Assembly: GCA_020051695.1 (NCBI GenBank) | Contig: JAGVQM010000038.1 | Span: 46,326 to 110,325, forward strand | DNA length: 64,000 nt | Origin: Candidatus Zixiibacteriota bacterium | Lineage (GTDB): Bacteria > Zixibacteria > MSB-5A5 > WJJR01 > JAJRUJ01 | Direction: 5' to 3' | Part shown: positions 60,701-64,000 of the stretch, piece after piece | How the letters are laid out: every line of letters starts with the position of its first letter | Position numbering within the stretch: position 1 is the first letter of the stretch | The notes under the pieces: model-generated | Databases searched by the model: none | The model's input: the letters and a program-made list of their open reading frames with translations, nothing else | Told to the model about the DNA's origin: nothing | Program-made: the position numbers and the translations under genes

Positions 60701-62642
60701 TACCGAACACGTGACCTGGGATATCGATCCCAACGTCCAGCCGACGCTGGCCGTGACGTTCGATTCTGATGATTGCTCGATCTCCTATGCCGACGGTGTG
60801 ATCTCCACGATCACGTTCGAAGACAAGAGCTCGGGCAACCTCGGCCTGGTCCGTGTGGATGCCACCAGCGCCCCGTGGTACATGGGGATGCTGGGTATTT
60901 ACCAGCCGCTTGGTGAAGTGGCGCTGACCACCGAAAAGGTCGACCTGGTGCAGATGCTGGGTATGACCAGTGTTGCCTATCTCGGCAACTTCGATGACAG
61001 CGACATCCTGCTGGGCGGTGTGGGTTCGTTCTACGGGTCGTACTACGACAAGACGACGCTGGTTTCGTACCTGGGTATGTCCGACGTTTCGGTCGCCCGT
61101 GTCTATCCGACACTGGGTATGCCGGGCACGTTGTACAACCTGGCCACGAACTCGTACCTGTCGATCGACCGTGACGCCGTCACGGCCACCAATGGCGTGA
61201 TCATTCTGCCGTCGCTGGTGCCGACGATGTACACGGGCCAGAACGACCTGTACAATATCTGGGATGTTAACGGCTATCTGCCGGCGATCCGGTTCACCAA
61301 CCCGTTGGAGGGTGGGCTGGTCGATGGCAAGTATGCCAAGATCAAGATTCCGTACGATGCGGCTGCCCCGATCGTCGATTCGCTTGCCGTAGCTTGGTGG
61401 GACGGCGACGAGTGGAAGGTCAACACGGGTATCTTCTTCGGGCCGAGCGCGGAGGGCTTTAACGACAATAACCACACTGTCGAGTTCTTCGCCGCCGACC
61501 TGCACGGGATCTACGCGGTGGTCTCGAATGATGCGGATGCCTGCTCCGGACCGATCACGGTCACGGCTGCGCCGCATGACGCGATCACTCCGTGGGCCAA
61601 TGGTTACACCGACAACGACCCGACATTCAACACGCTGGTGCGTTCGAACATCACCGGGAACGACAACAACTGGGATGTGGATTCGCTGCAGACCCATGTG
61701 AAGCTCGACGGCATTACCATCTACAATAACGGTGCTAATGCCACCGGCTGGCTGACCACCTGGGATCCGGTGTCCGGCCTGTTGAAGACGCGCTGGAACG
61801 GTGCCGCTGGTCTGGAAGAAGGCGAACACACCTACTGGGTGAAGGCGCGTACGTTCCAGGGCTGTGCCAAGGAACTGACCGTGACCTTCGACGTGGACGA
61901 AACCGCCCCGTTGATCAATTGGACACACCAGTATGTCTGCCCGAATCCGGAATTCAAGATTGTGATTTCGGATAACGGCGGAGCCGGTGTCGATCTGGAC
62001 AACATCCAGGCCGATGTTTATGACTACGATCTGTCGCTGGGCACGCAAATCCCGTCCGACAAGCTCGTCTATGAGGAGCATGCCTCGGGTTTCGAGTTGC
62101 GCGGTGACACGCTGGTCTTCGGTCTGACTGCCGAAAACGCAATCTACCGCCGCTATGTGGTAGTGTTGTGGGACGGCACGGAAGACGGCCGGTATGTCGG
62201 TGAGGACGACGATGATGTGTACCAATCCGACAGCAAGTGGGTCTATGACAACGATCATGGCGTACCCGACTTGGTCGGCAACAATGCCACACCGGTCTTC
62301 CGGATGTTCACCGTGGGCGGCGACGGCTGCGGCGAAGCTGGTGACGACGATGTATCGCACAACGATCCGAACCCGTTCGATCCGTGGGCCGGTCAGACCA
62401 CGACAATCACTGTCCCGGCGGCCGGTTCGGTCAGCGTGAAAATCTATGACCTTGCCGGTGAAAAGGTGATCACGCTCTGGGATCAGGAGAATACTTTCAT
62501 CTCCGGTACCGAGGTTGAATGGGATGGCAAAGTTGACGGTCGGATCGTCGCGAGCGGCGTGTATCTCTGCCACGTGTCGGGTAACGACAACGGCAAGAGC
62601 TTCTCGCAAGTTGTGAAGATCGCGGTTGTTAACGGAGAATAA
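51780..62642 (+). CDS. giant (3620 aa) secreted multi-Ig-like-domain adhesin with vWA (MIDAS) domain and T9SS-type/FlgD-Ig-like C-terminal sorting domain
   Basis: ATG at 51780 after AAAGGGGGAAAG. Signal peptide MKPFSLRGLAVLTALLLVPLFAASVSA. Many DxTxP-initiated Ig-like modules. Dockerin-like Ca loop GDVNGDGVAAIGDI (about 53.8 kb). vWA with DASGSM MIDAS (about 59.65-60.24 kb). C-terminus NPFDPW…KIYDLAGEKV…SGVYLCHV…. Confidence 0.85.
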   Translation: MKPFSLRGLAVLTALLLVPLFAASVSAQQTTWYFTGTGIEVSKVEDGSCRVINAQPGTTLSDSMVVMLLRFANTWNPAQSDVLDTVRVFSTCSDSGIVQAVYLYRETGVGTPGFGDFSPGTDALLGTVNSFANGFDNGDSAVFNLNYTIAAGDSMFMYVVLNLSDGVVGDLDYLGSDIGVKIYGDPPGTNTGPGIIFVDARYGPTDVDGPGGVYEIIANDPDNQGYLETRTMPYYFETGTVGSDMRMGEVNITYSGSVAPMKVVSGTSDNEVVMGIIIDNSRSTVADDLTGVRIRSRMTQESSISRLAVYKESTCVVPTGPTSFGTGDILWAQNSSPGTFDWGTDPASGEYLNLPIQAGMGNIAAGEIVYLYVVVDLNEMVINADETSRNTYNWHKVGVALNDQAGTTVDPEALTFDNAGIGPRVTADGTRIVVYNNLAYWSGTHTIVGNSPILIDQDQAWDADSLIGLYVFNLTDGSSGLITDNDDSTVTAALTGGAQNDWDIGDQYYIGTLPGQPLLIDSKPPVIQCLNDPFDTTWPNWEHSDDGGDTPGYGIGTIDNLDNILVRFDIDDDGPGALVTVGNTRPRVDLRVFGQTVGTHVLMDNDSLDIWEADMTPIPDADELTAYRTDTLSGNKLLQVLAQDDAGNLATFYCPVMRDIDTRRPSFTGVPITFDFAPGGDVNGDGVAAIGDILRMTANMGANWRNWNREDGQGVEIRSLVAYFHGDWGFTQQVLTDPSGDNQNFSVDFTLAPGGWDSVLTTVAATMCSLVAIDNADNVAFSTEGTLTATPFAGAVIDNMPPTPVSALWTLWKDIPTNNVVNIGDTVRFRVDMNGITDVASVHTDLFIAGLGGNHYVQLADSGNNIWVLKHKVLDPLLNNSGDFARDEAPHTDVCPTVPYIHGSADSVIIVSTDFFGNVDTTWLYAPTFPHLDWAPAETVTIDTKIPPPVGSLTATPGPEGSVRLDWTNATDGAAVGNLKDGPWTFEIWWDAGAGADPNLKLAEVYEATASAPCANITSWRSDTTVSMQANFTCGETYRFKIKVLDNANNPSAWSTTVAVTTDCAAPTVCVFQPEEEGGIYSCNMCTWDGSDSTQGLTIYVQPFDPESQDVQAIGTVLVRVKMRGGVPGPWTSVGFTDVGAGAPFTYALLLDCEDLDAIVGTELTDVLELIILGADEAGNVTTIAEALANCGPWEFSWSTSSIEGEVVTINGDLPEYQAYCDLHGWEITGDANTVSITLTGGVMPYKARAYADDDENTGSNDLIWYAEGLTSATTTFNLDATGWDKGEGTLDVEWCDATGAFTSATVKLCVLDEIAPCAQVINPMDGKCIRRAHSVLDPVPVTVEIDPLANCLDPNGVVKVDYEWATECCIGTYSEIVRVRDSIPVPCGLQDSAECDTFYTGGVMDSINCINPSEICWHIFWYTDTLEIDCDTADWNNFAIMPGDSIHSDLVTAWWFNKDDLAWVTESGTLIYIRARVYDDQGNIFVTECVQVCVDIDTPPLCLRSPEECIALDGIPRLSGTGVTMVADLNWAEGNVDDIEDVFLYRKKSTEADRWENWTSLGAGVPATNSSMWRWDTVNVSGLTDQVYYDFRVIAKTIWGTWSYDMNGDGQFDHNTFDTTNCDAVTWFIDHSAENIWIDTVWTTIDGNELVQPNASCTLSDPRGWAWTQWGNDITVQPLVEPLGLTDDIVKVTWTLYKAGEGCYSCGCGNGFGEPETGTCDSKVVRINEGDNALNSVTFNPAEMAFWMTIADGFQTVVLHVQAEDACGNTSEDCIELYLLDIDPTEAIIVDPKNREVFCQDHTNGGGGIEVTAMTLLDENFVKAVFAYSTNGTNWIPFDSVTSATTNGNLSGMWYPHALGLTDGMYYLTVWAEDNAGNRQATDYPIIVYLSCGVPTVTLTYPTADMFVGCPLELTATATAPDAYNYITKVEFFYQAVGSATATKIGEDLYSLDGIYSYAWDPALNGDYYIWAKVTVKSGATAVSEMVWVKGDGTAPEVYMVEVNDDHSNGGAGDPTIVTAGDVVPIVVEAWDRLQATGYGPENNCGLDSVKIYVKQGSTVIFGELTTPVASVENQFSADWPTTGLLNGTYEVYAVASDGCCNNATSASWYVSIVNPMPPVTIAVDEAVLVCGMWSTNEDEITLVAVPGDLADIDSVQFWANSTDQSDVYDQYMLLPGAVSFNGVYFLEVDVTLWEEGTYRLRAVVWIDGKCTDDGNDSDTEFDDFTFDPNTKVWQMLLNIDRSAPTPTFTLDASVIEEGTEFEITVANPPCGSCDIDHYEYGIVTMAGKYGTRAEYITDECTFSFDPVDSGAVTMHNCYWGGYIRVTAVDPLGNEAYYQIPAEILGVADGYAKITSPAHGEYISDTVAITASVVGTEGELTYYYSALGSTARTEIDNPFATNDLPDGQYLLWVGNNGNIHSIECAVPVSIVNDCATVVLENPMPYGTCHDGHVMFIGGTVDLLAEVTLTSSVPVDSVVFKYKTLDAPGGHTDTEDPADGWVTVGIDRYKATSWDVSWNTADSGSVVPDGYYVIMAFSYDRSGQECHSNSITVAVDNTRPYSEISEVNGDQTTSTCADVTEGTNVEIIAVAADDRSPLGPGDAYNSCPRYLQFFAGYCGEGGGGNVDIVWVMDASGSMGDEQAAIGGQINLFMDGLGGLDYNLAVTGFESEGYFSSVNDSTKSVPMALDGSYAAALMGNGAWTTNQTVFNTMITGVGVGGGTEDGAGSLMETLEHYTFRSGAKKYFILITDESGDDNELEAQCIALMNQEGVTVHVVSDPSFTTYSNIAAATNGQVYDITAANWGALLGVLASQISGGGANATPFDPIWGKAVDLDTDAPSVHWNTTGLAPGEYCLWTVITDNVGNQYTSGLTTVCVYDKTPPVAWIAGFGDATLACPTCESHRIYAMTCDTDVKSIKFEIRPDGSTSEYDWTTIGISNMIDSSLWYTDWNPCGMDGAYDLRAVPASDHYATGTTEHVTWDIDPNVQPTLAVTFDSDDCSISYADGVISTITFEDKSSGNLGLVRVDATSAPWYMGMLGIYQPLGEVALTTEKVDLVQMLGMTSVAYLGNFDDSDILLGGVGSFYGSYYDKTTLVSYLGMSDVSVARVYPTLGMPGTLYNLATNSYLSIDRDAVTATNGVIILPSLVPTMYTGQNDLYNIWDVNGYLPAIRFTNPLEGGLVDGKYAKIKIPYDAAAPIVDSLAVAWWDGDEWKVNTGIFFGPSAEGFNDNNHTVEFFAADLHGIYAVVSNDADACSGPITVTAAPHDAITPWANGYTDNDPTFNTLVRSNITGNDNNWDVDSLQTHVKLDGITIYNNGANATGWLTTWDPVSGLLKTRWNGAAGLEEGEHTYWVKARTFQGCAKELTVTFDVDETAPLINWTHQYVCPNPEFKIVISDNGGAGVDLDNIQADVYDYDLSLGTQIPSDKLVYEEHASGFELRGDTLVFGLTAENAIYRRYVVVLWDGTEDGRYVGEDDDDVYQSDSKWVYDNDHGVPDLVGNNATPVFRMFTVGGDGCGEAGDDDVSHNDPNPFDPWAGQTTTITVPAAGSVSVKIYDLAGEKVITLWDQENTFISGTEVEWDGKVDGRIVASGVYLCHVSGNDNGKSFSQVVKIAVVNGE

Positions 62643-62733
62643 CCCACCACAGGTAAAATGAGCCGGCGGGGGAACAAAGCCCCCGCCGGCGGCTGATAGA
62701 GAAAATAAGCTTATGCAAAAGGAGAGAGCCGAA

Positions 62734-63636
62734 ATGACCAGGATACCGTGGGGTAAGATTGCGGTAGTCGTGGGCGTTTTCTCTGCCCTGATGGTGGGAG
62801 TAACGACGACGGCAACTGCGGAAGATAACCACGCATTCCCGTTTCTGCGGACCGGCGTCGGTGCTCGCGCTTGGGGTATGGGCAATGCCTATGTAGCCAT
62901 CGCGGGTGACGCGACCTCGGCGTTTTTTAATCCCGCCGGGCTGAGCAAACTCAACAAATGGGGCTTCGCCACGATGATGTCGGTGGACATGGCGTTCGAT
63001 CGTAAACACAATTACGCCGCGCTGGCCGGCAACTTCGATTTTGGCGCGCTCGGTTTCTCGTGGGTGAATTCCGGCATCGATGATGTGTCGATTTCCGAAG
63101 GTCAGGGCGGAGGCGCGTTCAACTACAGCCAGAATGTCTTTGCCTTAAGCTATGCCAATCAGTCATGTAATTTCCGGTGGGGCGTGAACTTCCTCATCCT
63201 GAACCATGACGTCAACGGCATTTCCAACACGGGCGTCGGCGGTGACCTCGGGTTCCAGTGGGATTTCCACAAGGAAGCCACGCTGGGCCTTGTCGGCCAG
63301 CACTTCGGAATCACTGTGGGAGAAGACAAGGTCCCGGCCAACTATCGGTTGGGTGTCGGTATTCACCCGGAAATGCTCGAGGGATTTACGTTCCCCTTCG
63401 AGATCCAGAAAACCCAGCATCGTGACGACATCGCGTTTCGGGTCGGCGGCGAATACGCCTATGTCTTCGAGAATGAAGACTACGGCACCGCGATTCGGGC
63501 CGGTGTTGACGATGGTGCGTTCAGCGTCGGTGCGGGCTTGCGGTTCAAGCAGTTCATGCTTGACTATGCATACATCACTGAGAAGGAAGATTTCCTCGGT
63601 GAAAACCATAAGTTCAGCCTGATCGGCAATTTCTAA
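62734..63636 (+). CDS. outer-membrane beta-barrel protein, PorV/PorQ-like (T9SS-associated; PorP/SprF-like role possible)
   Basis: ATG at 62734 lies 5 nt after AAGGAGAGAG. Signal peptide. N-terminal motif FLRTGVGARAWGMGNAYVAIAGDATSAFFNPAGL. Ends in F (…LIGNF), an OM beta-barrel signature. Confidence 0.5.
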   Translation: MTRIPWGKIAVVVGVFSALMVGVTTTATAEDNHAFPFLRTGVGARAWGMGNAYVAIAGDATSAFFNPAGLSKLNKWGFATMMSVDMAFDRKHNYAALAGNFDFGALGFSWVNSGIDDVSISEGQGGGAFNYSQNVFALSYANQSCNFRWGVNFLILNHDVNGISNTGVGGDLGFQWDFHKEATLGLVGQHFGITVGEDKVPANYRLGVGIHPEMLEGFTFPFEIQKTQHRDDIAFRVGGEYAYVFENEDYGTAIRAGVDDGAFSVGAGLRFKQFMLDYAYITEKEDFLGENHKFSLIGNF

Positions 63637-63666
63637 TTTGGCGATTGTTCGGAACGCATAGACCAC

Positions 63667-63704
63667 CCGCCCCGGCCATCCTGTGGTCGGGGCGGTTTTT
63701 TTTG
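63667..63704 (+). terminator. Rho-independent terminator
   Basis: CCGCCCCG-gccatcctgtggt-CGGGGCGG followed by TTTTTTTTT. Confidence 0.8.
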
Positions 63705-63869
63705 ATGCCGAGGAAAGCACTCTCCGGCGGGCTGCGTCCGGCCCTTTTCTGAAGATAGCCGTTGACTTTCCTGCGGGATTCCCGCAACCATAATTGAGCC
63801 GGAAATTGGTCGCGCGAAAATAGGATTGCCGGAGACGGCCCCGGCCGACCGGCAACCAAGGGAGGGAAC

Positions 63870-64000
63870 ATGTCAAAAGTCAAAGTGTTGCTGATTGTTG
63901 CACTGGCCGTGCTGCCGGCGGTTCTGGCCGCGCCCGCCGTGGCTGATGTGGCGATCACACAAAAGTCGACTTCGACCATGATGGGCGGGATGATGCTGAC
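63870..64000 (+). CDS. secreted hypothetical protein (3' partial, runs off window end)
   Basis: ATG after AGGGAGGG. Signal peptide MSKVKVLLIVALAVLPAVLAAPAVA. Confidence 0.5.
   Translation, partial: MSKVKVLLIVALAVLPAVLAAPAVADVAITQKSTSTMMGGMML

Noticed and set aside
59565-62885. 1106-aa ORF antisense to the 3' end of the giant adhesin and the PorV-like gene
   Set aside because: Low-complexity Arg/Pro/Gly-rich translation, no RBS, and it is entirely antisense to two strongly supported genes. Long antisense ORFs are expected at about 65% GC with GC3-biased codons.

Overview
High-GC (about 62-65%) bacterial chromosomal window with dense coding on both strands. T9SS-type C-terminal sorting domains, a PorV/PorQ-like outer-membrane protein, SpoVG and many lipoproteins point to an uncultivated FCB-superphylum-like lineage; I cannot place it more precisely from sequence alone.

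The window falls into four parts:
- **Envelope and signalling genes (0-19.7 kb):** a DUF1573 fragment, a globin-coupled GGDEF cyclase, a TPR/GT-C-like membrane protein with a divergent flippase, an orphan SBP5-like protein with an NtrY/NtrX-like sigma-54 two-component pair, and a secreted MsrBA repair cluster.
- **Sensor module and housekeeping block (20-33.4 kb):** a low-GC lipoprotein islet, a FIST / PAS hybrid histidine kinase / T9SS-cargo module, then GNAT-hisS-pfkA-sodB and NfeD-flotillin.
- **tRNA-proximal mosaic (33.6-35 kb):** a low-GC SPOR plus PD40 patch, a 57-bp MITE/REP-like repeat (three copies in the window), and tRNA-fMet with a tandemly duplicated promoter.
- **Accessory surface-protein region (35-64 kb):**
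  - a conserved ispE-spoVG-tRNA(Gln)-prs-rplY block;
  - a minus-strand operon for a phage-tail-fibre-like beta-helical fibre with a peptidase-S74 intramolecular chaperone domain plus a dockerin protein;
  - a tandem kinase-pseudokinase;
  - tRNA-Glu with a consensus promoter and a downstream tRNA-Glu remnant bracketing a 4x EF-hand gene;
  - a beta-helix lipoprotein gene interrupted by an in-frame TGA;
  - a 1-kb structured leader followed by a 3620-aa multi-Ig/vWA giant adhesin with a T9SS-type CTD and a PorV/PorQ-like partner gene.

No CRISPR array, integrase or transposase was seen. The two most system-like novelties are the fibre/dockerin operon and the giant adhesin with its 1-kb leader and porin-like partner.
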